Shown: positions 47,973 to 61,594 of the stretch, piece by piece
Numbering within the stretch: position 1 is the stretch's first letter
Layout: the number at the start of each line of letters is the position of its first letter
Origin: Neoconidiobolus thromboides FSU 785
Lineage: Eukaryota; Fungi; Entomophthoromycota
DNA: 64,000 nucleotides
Assembly (NCBI GenBank): GCA_025603075.1
Contig: MU626259.1
Coordinates: 289,718 to 353,717 of the forward strand
Direction of reading: 5' to 3'
Notes under the pieces: model-generated
The model's input: the letters and a program-made list of their open reading frames with translations, nothing else
Told to the model about the DNA's origin: nothing
The model's database searches: none
Program-made: the position numbers and the translations under genes

Positions 47973-48978
47973 CGACATTACAAAGTTAAAACCAAAAGTA
48001 CTTTATTTTTTCATTTATAAATGTTCTAGTTAGTTATACCATTTTAAATTATAATTTAAAAGTATCTTTTTAAATAGTTATAAGTTTAAATTAAATTAAA
48101 CCAAATTAAATTAATATGAAAAGACAACTTATATTAGAAATATCGCTAAAAATATTAGCATTGTTTCATACTTTTAAAAGACATAAATAGATTTTAAATA
48201 TTTATTAACAGATAATAATAGATAATAATAATAATAATAATAATAAACTATAAATGTAAAGAATAACAAAGGTTAAGAAAGGGTGTATAATCTGGCACCT
48301 GTATCACTTGTCATTGATCAGCTACGGCTAAGACAAATCCATTTTTACAAAACTTTGATCCAATAAAAAGTGAAAATGTAAATAAACTAGCTTTATACAT
48401 TATAAAAGAAGCAAGAGAGCTTGTTTAACTATAGCTATACTATAAATGAAATGAGCTTAGACGAAGACTCATGATACCATAAAAGTATCGATCAGGATAT
48501 GATTTAAAAACAAGTTGATAAACTGGATAGTAAGAATGCTACTTTAAAGAATGGTGGTGAAGTTAATCAAGGATAGTTGCCAAAAATAATATTTTTTTGA
48601 GATAAAGTAGAGTATTATAACTATCATAATATATAACAATAGCTAAAAATGTAGTAACAATAAAGAAACAAGAATAAATGACTAAAAAATGAAGTAATAA
48701 AATATAACTTTATGACTTTGAGACAATGAGTAAATACGAGAGGTGACAATATTTAAATGAAATAACCATATTAATAATAAAACTAGCGAAATGAACAATA
48801 TCTTGATGTTGTTAATAATGAAGGGTTATAAAAAAAATAATAACATTAGAATGGCTTTTTTAAAGAACAAATATACTATAAAAAACCTCAGTTAAGTAAG
48901 CAAAAAGGAAAAATAGCTTTTCAAAACGAGGATGGTTATAGTCTTAAGTAAAGAGTCCTTTTTATAAGTAATAGATAT

Positions 48979-50034
48979 TTAGTTAAATTTGAAAATTTTT
49001 AAAAAAGACTTTTGAATTGATTGATGGATCAATAATATAAAACACGAAGAAGTGAGCCCTATACATATAATAAGACAATTAGAATAAAAAGTATGATATA
49101 TGACAATATTCTTTCGAGTTAAACTTAATAGCACTATTGTTAAGTCTGGTAGTAAACATGAAATATAACTTAATATTATGACGCTTATTTTTGAAATTAA
49201 TGTAATTTTTCTCAACCTTAACTGATTGTCAGGTAGTAACTGAGTTTCGCTTGAGTTTAAGGGGAGTATAATCTCTTGCTTTTGTTGTTGTGTCATTGAG
49301 TTTATTGGTCCCCAATCGACCATAAAATCCTGTTTATTATTGCTATTGCGGTTATCAAATTGATGATTACTAAGGCTTGGGTTTAGGTTTGAGTTTGTAG
49401 CTATAATGTCACCAGTAATAGAAGGATCTATTATTTTAAAGTAAGCGAGGGTGATATTTAAATAACAGAAACTGATGATAGGTAAGCAAAGTGACGTTCT
49501 TAATAAACTAATTGAAAAGAAAAAGACAAAATAAAACTTATTACTCTTTTCAATATTAATACTCGGTATGCAATAAAAATCTAATTCAGACCATGAATAC
49601 GAATTATAATAACCATGCAAACTAGACAGTACAAACGATGATATAACGGATAATGCTATCAGTATATAAAATTTCACTAATGTCACTCGCTTAAATAAGC
49701 AAATTTTAACATATCTTATAATACTCAATAAAGCAGCTAACTCAATAGAGGTAATAATACAAGTAGCTATCAGGGTGTAATTTAACGGGCAATACCAAGT
49801 TGGATTAGAAAGTAATAGGCCGTTATCGATTGTAACTAATCCATAATAAGCTAACAATATATGTGAAATGACTGTAATATAGAAAATAGTATCATTGACA
49901 ACTATCATTAACATTATCATTAGCTCTGAATTGTTTTTTATAGTTAGTTTAGTTAACATTATACCAACCAATAACAGGTTTATAAGTAGTGAAATTGTCG
50001 ATATTACTAAATAGACCGTGTGTTGTATGTTCAT
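48979..50034 (-). CDS. Family A (rhodopsin-like) GPCR-like 7TM protein, 351 aa
   Basis: Seven hydrophobic helices; WYC at the top of TM3; LSIIRY (DRY-like); FYCIP in ECL2. Confidence 0.8.
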   Translation of the reverse strand: MNIQHTVYLVISTISLLINLLLVGIMLTKLTIKNNSELMIMLMIVVNDTIFYITVISHILLAYYGLVTIDNGLLLSNPTWYCPLNYTLIATCIITSIELAALLSIIRYVKICLFKRVTLVKFYILIALSVISSFVLSSLHGYYNSYSWSELDFYCIPSINIEKSNKFYFVFFFSISLLRTSLCLPIISFCYLNITLAYFKIIDPSITGDIIATNSNLNPSLSNHQFDNRNSNNKQDFMVDWGPINSMTQQQKQEIILPLNSSETQLLPDNQLRLRKITLISKISVIILSYISCLLPDLTIVLLSLTRKNIVIYHTFYSNCLIICIGLTSSCFILLIHQSIQKSFLKIFKFN

Positions 50035-50464
50035 TATTATTTAACTAAAAATAGTCGACTATTTTTTTATTTTATTTATATTTGTATTACTCATTTGTAT
50101 TTATTGTTTCGGTTAGTTTACACCCAAGGTTCAACTTTTTTCCGGTTTTGATTTATTGGAAAAATACAATGTTTAACTAAGAGTACTAAAATTCTCGTGT
50201 ACAGTGCTCGATAAAGCGAGTAAATGCCTACTATTTTTAAGTCTTTTTTTATAATATTCTAACAATATATAAAGTAAAAAAATCAAAATAACTATAGCTA
50301 ATGTTATTGATACATTGCTCTATTTTTTAATAATACATTAATTGAATTTGAATAAGTTTAATTTATAAAACTAGCTGCTGCATTTACTCAGTTTGTCTAA
50401 AGCTAAAAGTAAGGTCTGTTTTTTATGAAATTTGCAAAAGTAAATCTATCTTAATAAAGACAAG

Positions 50465-50566
50465 ATGGGGATATATTTTTTTGTTTAATAATTTTACTAA
50501 CAATCTTTCCATTTAAACAGCGCTTAAAAGATAGAAAAGTGATGAAATTAAAAAAACGCTCCCATA
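50465..50566 (+). mobile_element. MITE-104 copy
   Basis: Full-length match. Confidence 0.9.
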
Positions 50567-53282
50567 TATTCCAAAAAACATGATAGTCATAACCTTAATA
50601 GAGCAATAAAAACCCCATTATAATCATACAAAACAAACAGTAATTATCATTAAATAAAATAAGTTCCAATCAAAAAAAAGGCTGTTTTGGTTAGAAATCA
50701 GTTGAATTTGTTAGCCAATTTCGTTTTATACTATAAAATTATTTTTTTGCTAAAATATCCAAAAAATATCACAGGAACTAATAACCTTTTTATTTATTTT
50801 ATTAAAAGACATAATATTTACAAAAAAAAGTTAATATTTCTTTATAAATTAGAATAAAAAATAAACTTTGGGTTGGAACTGACTCATTTCTCTAATTTAA
50901 ATCAAGTAATACAAATACATTCAAATGTAGCAACTTATATATTAAAAAATCTCAGACCAAGTGTCAATTAAAGTAAACCATTGGAAACTATTCTAAAGAT
51001 CACATTGTCATTGTCGTCATTGTTTAATTACTTTGCTATCTCAAAATTTAAAATATAGCTAAAGAGCTGATAAGAAATCTAAACATAGGAGATTGAAATT
51101 TTTTGTAGTTAATCTATGCTTCAAATCATTCTCTCATCTCCTTCTTTTTCATCCTTAATTTACTGTCACAAGTACATATTTAAAGAATCTTGTTATTGCA
51201 TTATAAAGAAAATATGACTTTATTAAAAAACTAGTCATATATCGACCTGCTATAGCCATTCCCAGTCATCAGAAGACTTTATCCATGAATACCTCCTTAA
51301 AAGCTAAATAAATTTCCTTAACCAGGCTATATTCCATCCTTATCTATAAACCTCTTGCCATTTTGTTATCTTTTTCCCATGAATAAAACATTTAGGAGCT
51401 TATCACTTCTACTGTGGATTTCAAATAAAATCATACATTAGATTTATAGTTGTGCTATTTTTGGAGCATTCATTCTCCCTGTAAACCATCGAATTTTAAA
51501 AAATGTAAATTATCCAATTAAATTTCTATCACAAAGTAAAGAATTGATTATCATGAAAGTATCAATTTTTTTGACTCAAACTTGATTTTAAAATGAAATT
51601 TTCAATAATTTACGGTTTTTACTGACTTTCTCTTGCATAAATGAAATTCGGAGAATATAACTCACTATAAAATTAAATAACACTTACTACTTTTATAAAT
51701 AATATAATGAATATAATATATATGTATTAACAACTTTGTCTTATATTAATATTATATTAAAAATTATTATTTATCCCTTTAAACCATAACAATAACTGAA
51801 TAGAGTTATATTAGTATTTTATTCCATATAATAAAGGTTCAAGTAGATTCGATCATTTCAATCTTAAAAATAAATATTTTCAAGTCATGCAATAACCATA
51901 TTCTGATCTTTAATTTATTTTTATATTCTTCGCTTTTATTCAATTTAATAAGTAACAGCTACTTTTTTAAATAGCTTTATCCGTCCATTTTTCCTACAAT
52001 AAAATAATGTGTGACTTTGTTTTTTCAAATCCACTTCTTTAACCCGATGATCTTATAATGAGTTGTCCTTTGTTAGGATACAAGTTCATAAGGTTAATTA
52101 TTCAATCAACTGAGCTGTATTCTTCTATTTGAACTTATGAATAACAGGTTTGGAGCTAACATTTGATACATAATAATATCAGCTATTTGTGACATATTAA
52201 GTATATAAAAATTAATACTTTTTTATAAAAATAACTATAAACGTAAAATATATGAATGTCTTGTATACAGATACAATAATAGCCTAGTAGTAAATTAAAG
52301 TTAGTAAATATTTGATTATAGCTTAAATGTTGTGTATTATAGACGCTTTTAACCAACTTTAGATCAGGTGAAATAAATTAAAATTAGAAATATTTTCTCA
52401 TGCCTTTTAAAATTAACCCTTAATAGAATAAAGAACCCTTACTTTTGAAACAAACTTATTAAAATATAACTTATTGCATTATTACAAAAATTAAAACATA
52501 AAAAATATATTATATTAAAGTATCATAAAGCTACTTGTCTAGATTTTATTGTATTTTTACTTCAGCCTTCTTACCCCACATTCAATAAAGTATATTAGGA
52601 ATAATGAAATCAAATTACCTTTGTTTCATGAATAGTTTGATATGATTCTATTCACAAATTTTTTGAATTTAAAGCCACAGTGCAGAACATCAAAAAGTGT
52701 AAAAATACAATTTATTGAGTTTTGCTTGACATTTCCTATAATAAGCAATATGCCCCTTAATACAAAAATGAATGTTTTGTTCCCACTCGGCTGTCAATCA
52801 CTTATTTTATATTACAGTTTGAAAGCTTTTGACCCCTAAATCTACTACATATCATTCGATGTTCATGCTCCAACTTAAAAAAATTCTAAAATTATGAGAC
52901 CTGAGAGAATAAATTCTATCAGTTGATTGGCCAAGTTTTTGAAACCTATTCCAAAAAGGGATAAGCTTAACCCAAGTTCTTTTTTTTAAAATAAAAAAAT
53001 AATTCTATTTTTAAGCAAATCAATTTATTTACCAAATTAGGGAAAATTCACCTATTCCAAGCTCGCTACCTCCCGGTAAATTATCCACACAATATAAATC
53101 TTGCTTCAAAGTATAAATACAACAAGTAATGAACTTCAATAATCAATTTTTTATAAAATTGCAACAATTTTGATTTTTCTTACTTTTCTATAAAGTCTTA
53201 AATTAACTTTCCTTCCTATCACTTATCTTTTAAACCTCAACAATTTATTTATACTTTTTAAAAAGGTAAACATTTAATTAAT

Positions 53283-54800
53283 ATGTCAAAGGGTTATATG
53301 TATGGCGTAGCTGCTTTTGCAGCTATTGGGGGTTTGTTATTCGGTTATGATATTGGTGTCATTTCCGGTGTATTTGAAGTTGATGATTTTATTGCTCAAT
53401 TCACGGACCGTGCAGCGTTTGAAGCAGGGGCTATTATCGATGTACCTGGATGGAAAAAGGGTTTAATTACATCCATGTTAACCTTAGGTTGTTTCATTGG
53501 TTCTTTATTTTCTGGTTGGTTTGCTGATCGTTTTGGTCGTAAGTATAGTATCTTACTTGCTTCAGTTATCTTTTGTTTGGGTGCTGCTTTACAAACTGCT
53601 GCTTATGATTTAGGCTTAATGATTCCAGGTCGTTTAATTGCTGGTTTATCTATCGGTATTCTTTCTATGGTTGTTCCACTTTATCAGTCTGAAATTTCTG
53701 ATCCAACTGTACGTGGTCGTTTAATTTCTTTCCAACAATGGGCTATTACCATTGGTATCGCTGTTTCTTTTTGGATCAACTATGGGTGTAAGATTTCTTT
53801 AACTGGGCCTATTGCTTGGCGTTTACCCCTTGGTCTTCAAATTGTACCTGCTTTCCTTTTAGGTGTTGGTTCAATCTTTGCTCCATTCTCTCCACGTTGG
53901 TTAATCGATCATTCACGTGAAGCTGAAGGTCTTAAAGTACTAGCTAAATTACGTTCTGGTGGTGATGAGTCTAATCCAGCTGTTATTGAAGAATATAATG
54001 AAATCAAAGCTCAAGCTGATATAGATAGAGCACAACAAGCCAGATCTTACCTAGAACTATTACGTGGTAATATTCGTCGTCGTACTTTACTTGGTGTATT
54101 TATTCAAGCCTTCCAACAACTTACTGGTATTAATTCTGTCATGTACTATGCCCCAGCTATCTTCCAACAAGCTGGTTTCGATAGAACTGGTGGTTTGTTA
54201 GCTACTGCTATCAATGGTATTGTTAATATGTTATCTACCATCCCTGCTATTTTATTTGTTGATAAATGGGGTCGCCGTAAGACATTGATGTACGGTGCTG
54301 TTGTTATGGGTATTGGCATGACTATTGCTGGTGCTATGATTGCTGGTTTTGGTACTAATGTATTTGACGAAAAAACTGGAACATATAGAGTAGACATGGG
54401 CAACAACATTGGAGCTTCTTATACTGTTATTGTCTTTATTTATATATTTGTTGCTGGTTTTGCTTTTAGTTGGGGACCAATTGCTTGGATTTATCCAGCC
54501 GAAATCTTCCCAATGCGTGTACGTTCCAAGGGAACTTCCATTACTACTGCTTCTAATTGGTTATTCAATTATATTGTTGGTTTAGTATCTCCAATCCTTA
54601 TGGAAAGTATTACTTGGGGATTATATATTATCTTTGCTGCTTTCTGTGTTATTATGGCCGTTTCCATTTACTGGTGGTACCCAGAAACTAAAGGTCTCTC
54701 TCTTGAGGATATGGATGTCATCTTCGCTGATGGTGTCAACCCACGTAACCCTCAAATTGAAACCAAAAACACTACCGCCGATGATGCTTTTAAGTCATAA
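53283..54800 (+). CDS. MFS sugar porter (high-affinity hexose transporter-like), intronless, 505 aa
   Basis: GGLLFGYDIG, DRFGRK, GRLIAG, PLYQSEI, RGRL, PFSPRWL, QQLTGINSVMYY, DKWGRR, SWGPIAWIYPAEIFP, PETKG; strong codon bias. Confidence 0.96.
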   Translation: MSKGYMYGVAAFAAIGGLLFGYDIGVISGVFEVDDFIAQFTDRAAFEAGAIIDVPGWKKGLITSMLTLGCFIGSLFSGWFADRFGRKYSILLASVIFCLGAALQTAAYDLGLMIPGRLIAGLSIGILSMVVPLYQSEISDPTVRGRLISFQQWAITIGIAVSFWINYGCKISLTGPIAWRLPLGLQIVPAFLLGVGSIFAPFSPRWLIDHSREAEGLKVLAKLRSGGDESNPAVIEEYNEIKAQADIDRAQQARSYLELLRGNIRRRTLLGVFIQAFQQLTGINSVMYYAPAIFQQAGFDRTGGLLATAINGIVNMLSTIPAILFVDKWGRRKTLMYGAVVMGIGMTIAGAMIAGFGTNVFDEKTGTYRVDMGNNIGASYTVIVFIYIFVAGFAFSWGPIAWIYPAEIFPMRVRSKGTSITTASNWLFNYIVGLVSPILMESITWGLYIIFAAFCVIMAVSIYWWYPETKGLSLEDMDVIFADGVNPRNPQIETKNTTADDAFKS

Positions 54801-55782
54801 ATTATTTCACTAACTAGTTTTAATATAATAAAATTTTGAATTTTCATTGATCTTTTTTTGTTAACATTGTATGTAAATTGTATATTATTAGTAGTATTCT
54901 AATATATTATTAAATATATTTTATTCTAATAAACTACAAATAATACATTAAATTTATTTATGAAAATAATAAATATATTTTTAAAACTATTCAAATTAAA
55001 ATTTGCATCAGCTGAAGAATAAAAACAAGAAATATTAAATAATCAAATAAATAAAGTAATACGATGTGGTTAGAATTTCAGTTGCTATATTTAATATTTT
55101 GAATATAAAACTTGCTTATTATTATTATCGATCTTAAATCTTATTTATTTCTATTCCACTTATTTTATTCTGAAAAAGTACTGGGTACTTGATTGTTTAC
55201 TGAAGTATTTGGAACTTTGACTATTGTTATTTTCCAGCAATCCATGTTACAATTCTTTTTCGAAAAAATTAACTGCTCATTTAAGAGAGAAACTTGGATT
55301 AAAATCTGGCTATATTTGAACAGGCTTTAAAACTATTGACTATATAAAATAATACACTTATAAAAATTACCACTAGATAAGTTCCAAAAGAGTTGTAAAA
55401 GTTGCATTTAGCAAAAAATACCTACGTAAAAAAAGTGAGCATATAGCCAAAAAAATAAGTCAATTTTTATTGGATATTAGTACAAGTATATATGCTTAAA
55501 CAATGGATCCATTTAGCGTTGTAGCATGATAACAAACTAAATTTATCATACTTTGAAATCAATCAGCTGCTTGTGTCCTCACAGTTTAAAACAATTTAAC
55601 TCTTAATACTTCAATTTCAACCAATTTACTTTCCTTTCCTTTTCAAAAAACTTCACCCAAACTTCATTTTATTCAACTTTTGATCCCAACTTGAATTTTC
55701 TCACACTTAAAAAACAAAAAATTCCAGTTATAAATCCAACACTTTTTAAAACAAATAGCTTCATTATTCCCATCAAAGGAAA

Positions 55783-57824
55783 ATGTGGAATCTATTAAAC
55801 CTTGGAAGTGGTGATAGTTTAGAAAAAACAAAGCAAGAATTGTGCGAGGAGCAAGAAAAGAACCATCAATTAACCGAAAGGATCACAGAGCTAGAAGGGA
55901 AGCTAGAGGAGTCATCACTAAAATTAACCACTTCAAAAAAAGAAACTGAAGATTTTAAATCCAAGTTTGAAGCCGAAAAAAGCAAGTGTATTAAGTTAAC
56001 GGAAGTGGGAGAAGCTAAAGATAGTATGATCATTGGACTAAGGAGTGAGATTGAGGGCTTGAGGAGGGTAAAGAATGCCTATTTTAATACGGAAAAGGAA
56101 TTGGATTTGGTAGCGAAAAAGTTATTAAATTGTATTAAAGAAAAAAAGAAAGAATGGGATATGCTAAAGGGAAAATTGAGTAAGTAGATTGTATTAAAAT
56201 ATGATGAGTATTAGAATTTAATATTATCTAGATCAAGTACCTAATTTACAAGAGGATGTTAAGCTAACTTTAGAAAAGATACAAGCTTCAACAATAGAGA
56301 TTGAAGATGAATTGAAGTTTAAGTTACAGCAGTTTCATGAAGTACAAAGGAAAAGTCTAAATAAATTACAACAGTTTGCTGAAAGCTCGGAATTAGTTGT
56401 TAGAAAAGTAAACAGAATTATTTTTATTAAATTTAAATTAAATTACATGGATTAGGAACAACAAGAAATTACTGAAAAACTTAATGTTGAGGCTGAAAAA
56501 CTTAATAAAGAAGTAGAACAATTTATACTGAATGTAAATAAACAAGGGGAAGATAAGATCAAGAAAGTAAAAGAACACATTGAAACATCACAAAGTGGAA
56601 GCATTGTTTTTATCAATGAGAAGCTGGGAGAATTGGTAGAGTTAAGGTGTCAGAATGCAAAGGAAAGAACAGACGCTAAACAAAGGGTAAGTTGATTTAA
56701 TTTTATATTATAAGTAAATGAATGGTTTAAAAATTTTATTATAGATAGCCAGCCAAAAAGAAATTTTTGAAAAATTTATAAAAGAAGCCGAGATTGAAAG
56801 CAGCACTTTAATTCAAAAACATCAAAAAGAATTGAATGATAATAAACAAAAAATTATTGATGAATACCAAGTGGAAATTCAAGAGCTTAAAAATCAAATT
56901 AAAAGTTTACAGGAAGTACTACAAGAGTATGAGACTAAAGAGCCACAATTGATGAATAGGATCAAAGAAAGTATATTACAACAGTTGAATGAATTTTCGC
57001 AGGAGAATAACAAATTAAAAACAGCGAGTTCAAAAGTAAATAATTTTATTGAAGCTTGGACATTGAATAAAATTGAAAAAGGGAAAGAATATGAGGTTAA
57101 TTTTAATGAATTGAAAGAAAATATGAATAAAATTAATGAATATAAAGTACAAATGTTTCAAGATTTAAGTGATAGTAGTAATGAAACATTAGATAAAGCA
57201 ATTCAACTTCAAGAGTTTTATGGTGAACAATTATTGGGAACTCATTTAGACGAAGAAAAAACCAGATTAGAATTATTGCAAAGTAAAATCATAAAGAATC
57301 AAAAGATCGGGATGGAAACCTTCCGACAATATGAACAATCGGATAAAGAAAATACTCAAGAATTAGAACAAAAATTTAATAATTTAAATGAAATGGTAAA
57401 AAAAGTACTAAATAATACTAAAAAGGACATGAATGAGCAACTGAATCACACCTTAAAATTAAGCATCGAATTAAAAAAGGAATTAAGTGAAATTAATTTG
57501 GCAGTAAAAGATCAACTTGAAGTATTTAACAAAGATAAAAAACAGTTACTAAATTTAATGAATCAAAATTTAAATCATCCATTAAATGATCAACAATTTT
57601 TGCAGTTATTGGATATAAAGGAAAACAACTATCCTACTTCTTGGCCAAGAACAGATGAGGAGAGAATATTACAGAGTATTAATGCAAAGAGGGAAATGGA
57701 ACAAGTTAATGATAGAGAGATAGAAAATAATTTATCTAGTGGTGGTGCTGGTGTGGAATTTTTATCCGAAATTAAAAGACCGAGGTTTCAAGAGGTTGAA
57801 GAGAAAGGAAAGGATAGGTCATGA
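55783..57824 (+). CDS. Coiled-coil protein B (4 exons, ~630 aa) with kinesin-5-tail-like YPTSWPRT motif and no motor domain
   Basis: Introns 56180-56231, 56408-56455 and ~56687-56744 join open frames; paralog of 16437-18555 (same intron phases 1,0,0 and similar exon sizes). Confidence 0.78.
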
Positions 57825-58061
57825 TAAAGACTATGAAATTGAGCTATTGAAGTAGGGTTTGTTTTATTTTTATATCATTTTTTACAAATAAAAAGCAATA
57901 AAAAATAGCATTTTGATAAATCAATAATTTTAAAAGATATAATAATAGCAATAATTGAGCTAATTTTGTTTGAAAAATCTTGAAAGGCATAAAGCCCCAG
58001 TTGTTTTATTGTTGCATTTATCTTATATACAAAAAAAAAAATAAAAAATAGAACAAAGTTT

Positions 58062-60410
58062 TTAATTTAACTTTGCTTTCTTATCTTGAGGTTGTAATTT
58101 TTCCTCTAATAAATCAGAATATGCATTTAAAACTGAAGTAGTTAATTCATGCATCGATTGATCATTAAAGACTAAAAGTATATCTTCAACCGTTTTTATG
58201 AAAGAAGATTCTTCCATTTCTTGGCCTAATTTCTAATACAAAGGGAAACAGTGAGTTAGTTTAATGATTATATATATGATAGTTCTATTATCTCTTACAG
58301 GATAATAATGGAATACAGAAATAAAGTATTGTAAGCCTAATTCAATCATAGCATAATCTTTACTTTTTAAAAATTCCATAAAACCTAAAATAAAGTCAAG
58401 GCATTATTATTACTATTATTGCATATTATTTAATATTTACCCGATCTTAAACTAGTTAACAATTCTTTTGGAAAACTTTGACCTTCTTTAGCCAAACAAT
58501 TAAGTACACTATAGCCTCCCTACAAATAAAAGTAAACATAATATTTCTATTAATATCAGCTTTGAAATTACTTCTTTACGAATATCAAAATTATCTTCAT
58601 TAATAATACCAATAATCGAATTTAAAATTCCATCTTTCATTAATAATTGTACATTCTTGGAAGATCTGTCAAATTAATAATATATAAATTAGTATATGCA
58701 ATAAACATTAATTATAAAACTTACCCAGAGGTAAGGTTTGATAATACCCAAAGAGCCTCTTTTTTAATGACTCTACGATAAGAAATAATTAATATCATAG
58801 AAACAATGAAAACAATTTGAGTTACCTATCACATGCTTGTAAGAATTTTTTTAATGCTTTTAAAAACATACCATTCTCTAAGAAATAAGTAGCATTGGTT
58901 TGATTTTGACTAATAAGATTGCCAATAATACGTATCAATGGCAACGCTTCTTTATTACGATAATATAAGGGCAACATATGATCTACCTTAAAATAATAAT
59001 AGATTATTAGTTAATCTATTGTTATTTATTTATTTGTCTTTATTTATTTGTCTTTATTTGTGCTTGTTGTTATTATCTTACCATGATTTCCTTCAACTTA
59101 AATTCATCCAATAAAGTATCGATTTCATCCAATTCGGCACTTAAATAAGCTAATACCCAATATAATTCATAGAAAGCTTCTACTTTCTAAATAAAACACA
59201 TCATTATTAGTAATGTATAACAAATAACAAAACTCATATTTACTTTATCATCCATTAAATTATTACATAAAAATTCAACTACACCTTCTTGATAAATTTC
59301 TTTAGCAAACGAATCTGGCATACGACATAATGAAGATAATGCAAAGCAGGTATTTTTCAATAATTCAATATCCACTTCCTAAAAATAACAAAATTAACTC
59401 TTAATAAACTCTCTTATAGAACTTTACTTACCTTATTATTCAACAACTTCACCAAATCTGGAATAGTCTTCGTTTCCCCAATAGCTTTTCTAAATTCACT
59501 ACCATCATTCGCCATATTACCTAAGGCCCAACAGGTCATTGTTTGTACTTCCTATTATAATTAATAGATCTTTATTAATCTTTAACCTATGAAAAAAGAT
59601 AATTTTTAAATTACCACTTTTTCATTGGTTAAAAGAACTTTTAATAAAGGTACCAAAGGTAATAATTTAAAACACAAATCTGGCGAACCAGCAGCAATGT
59701 CTAAATTGTATAATATTGGCTGTTAGAATAGAGTTACCATGAGTTTAAAAGAATAAAATTACTAGTTACACAACATAAAGCTTGATATAACTCATCGTTA
59801 TCGGTAGAAGTTAAGAAGTTCTAAATAAGATTTGTAATTAGGTTCATTTGTTACAAAACAAAGTAAGATTTACTTTAAGATAATCTACAAATTCACCCTC
59901 TAACACAAATTCCTTCAGTGATGTAGAAGGTTCAATTAAAAAATGAGACAATTGTTGTAACGCACTTAAACGATTGGGCTTTTTATCACTCTAAAATAAC
60001 AACAATAGTGTTAATGCTTCAGTCTTTTTTTATTTTAGTATGAATTACCTTCAACATATTCGTCATTGAACGAACTTTTGAAGAAGGGAATACAAATTCA
60101 GGATCCGTTTCTAAAAAAAAAATTAATATTGCTATCTGTAAGTCAATAAAATGCTATTTTTACCCGCTCCATCATCATTTAACTCTTTATTTAATCTTTG
60201 AAATTTTTTACTTTGCCCCTTATGTCCTAAACGTAAATTTTTAATCTCTCTACCATGAGCAAGCATACGATTGTTAACAGCAATTGGTGAACCAGGTAAT
60301 GTATCTACATTATAACTTTCTTTCAAATCTTCTGTCTTGGGATCTAATAAGATAGGTTTTTTATCAACATCATTTGCCACAGTTTCTGTTTTCTTTGTTT
60401 CGGTTGGCAT
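58062..60410 (-). CDS. Importin-alpha-like / TMCO6-like armadillo-repeat protein; many exons
   Basis: NIAAGSPDL, EVQTMTCWALGNMANDGSEFRKAI, LLKNTCFALSSLCR, EALPLIRIIGNL; stop TAA at 58062-58064; exon boundaries only partly resolved. Confidence 0.8.
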
Positions 60411-61594
60411 CTCTTTTAATTTTAAAAATTGACTAAATTAATTTTGAAATAGTGACTGTAGTTTATTTATAAATTGATAGTTGACGTCATGAAATGGATT
60501 AAGGATGTCATGCTTATTAAATATAACCAATTAAATTCATTCAAGAAGATTTGAGATGGCTTTGAGTTTGAAGTTGGTCAAAATGAATAGAATTGTTTAA
60601 TAAAGATATTTGTTTTAAAATATTGGGTTTCAAATGAAAGAAAATAAAAATTCGAATAAAAATTTCAGTTTTAACAACTATTCGTTGCAAAATTTCAACT
60701 GTTTTTATTTTATTTTTAATATTATAAATTTAATAGTAAAGTATGTTTTTTTATTCAAAGATCTCAATATAATTTTTTGAGTTTTGGGTTGCTTGAAAAT
60801 AGAAAATGATGATAAGTAGACATACTTATACAATTTTAAGTATTCAATAATAGTATTTATGATGATTTATTATTTTTAAATTCATAAAAGTGTACACAAA
60901 GTTTTAAAGCTTTTAACTACTAGCACTCTTTATTTATATCATTAATATGAACTAAACTAAAAAACAGATTAACTATATATATTAATTTTAACAACGTTGG
61001 ATAGAATATTTAATTTAATTTCATTAAATTTAATTTTATTCAATTTCTTTCGGTGAAATTAAAAATTTAATTCAAATACCTCCTTTTTTTATACTTATTG
61101 AGTTTATTATTTTATAGTAAAGAGAAGTGATATTTTTATTTCTTATATGTAAAAATACTAAAAATAATTAAAAGCCTCATAAAAGTATAATATTATATAT
61201 AAATGTATGATTTGATAAATAATTTATTATCAACAATCGATTTTTTTAAAAAATAATGAAAAGGTGTGAGAAGAGATTTTAAATTTCCCCTTTTTTATGT
61301 AACTAAAAAATCCATAAATTGCTAAAAAAAGTTAATAAAAAGTACTAAAAATTGAAATTATTTTGAAAAAACACACTATCATAAACCAATCAATTCACTT
61401 GTCCCTGACTCCTTTTATTTTCCTTTTAAAAAAAGGATAATGTCTATTTATCATTTTAGTTTTAATGACATACTTAACAAAATGTATATAAACTATTGAA
61501 TTTACAATTATTCATAAATTCTTTTTTATTTCATTTTTTTACATAAAAAATAGCACTAAATAATTTCCTCCAATATAATTAAAATAAAAAAAGA

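Noticed and set aside
48210-48246. (AAT)n microsatellite
   Set aside because: Ordinary simple repeat in AT-rich DNA.
51230-51700. GC-richer tract as a transposase relic
   Set aside because: No interpretable motif in any frame.
52642-52839. 65-aa ORF upstream of the sugar porter
   Set aside because: Short and in promoter-like DNA; a uORF role is unsupported without a TSS.
54146-54409. 87-aa antisense ORF
   Set aside because: Shadow of the codon-biased transporter CDS.
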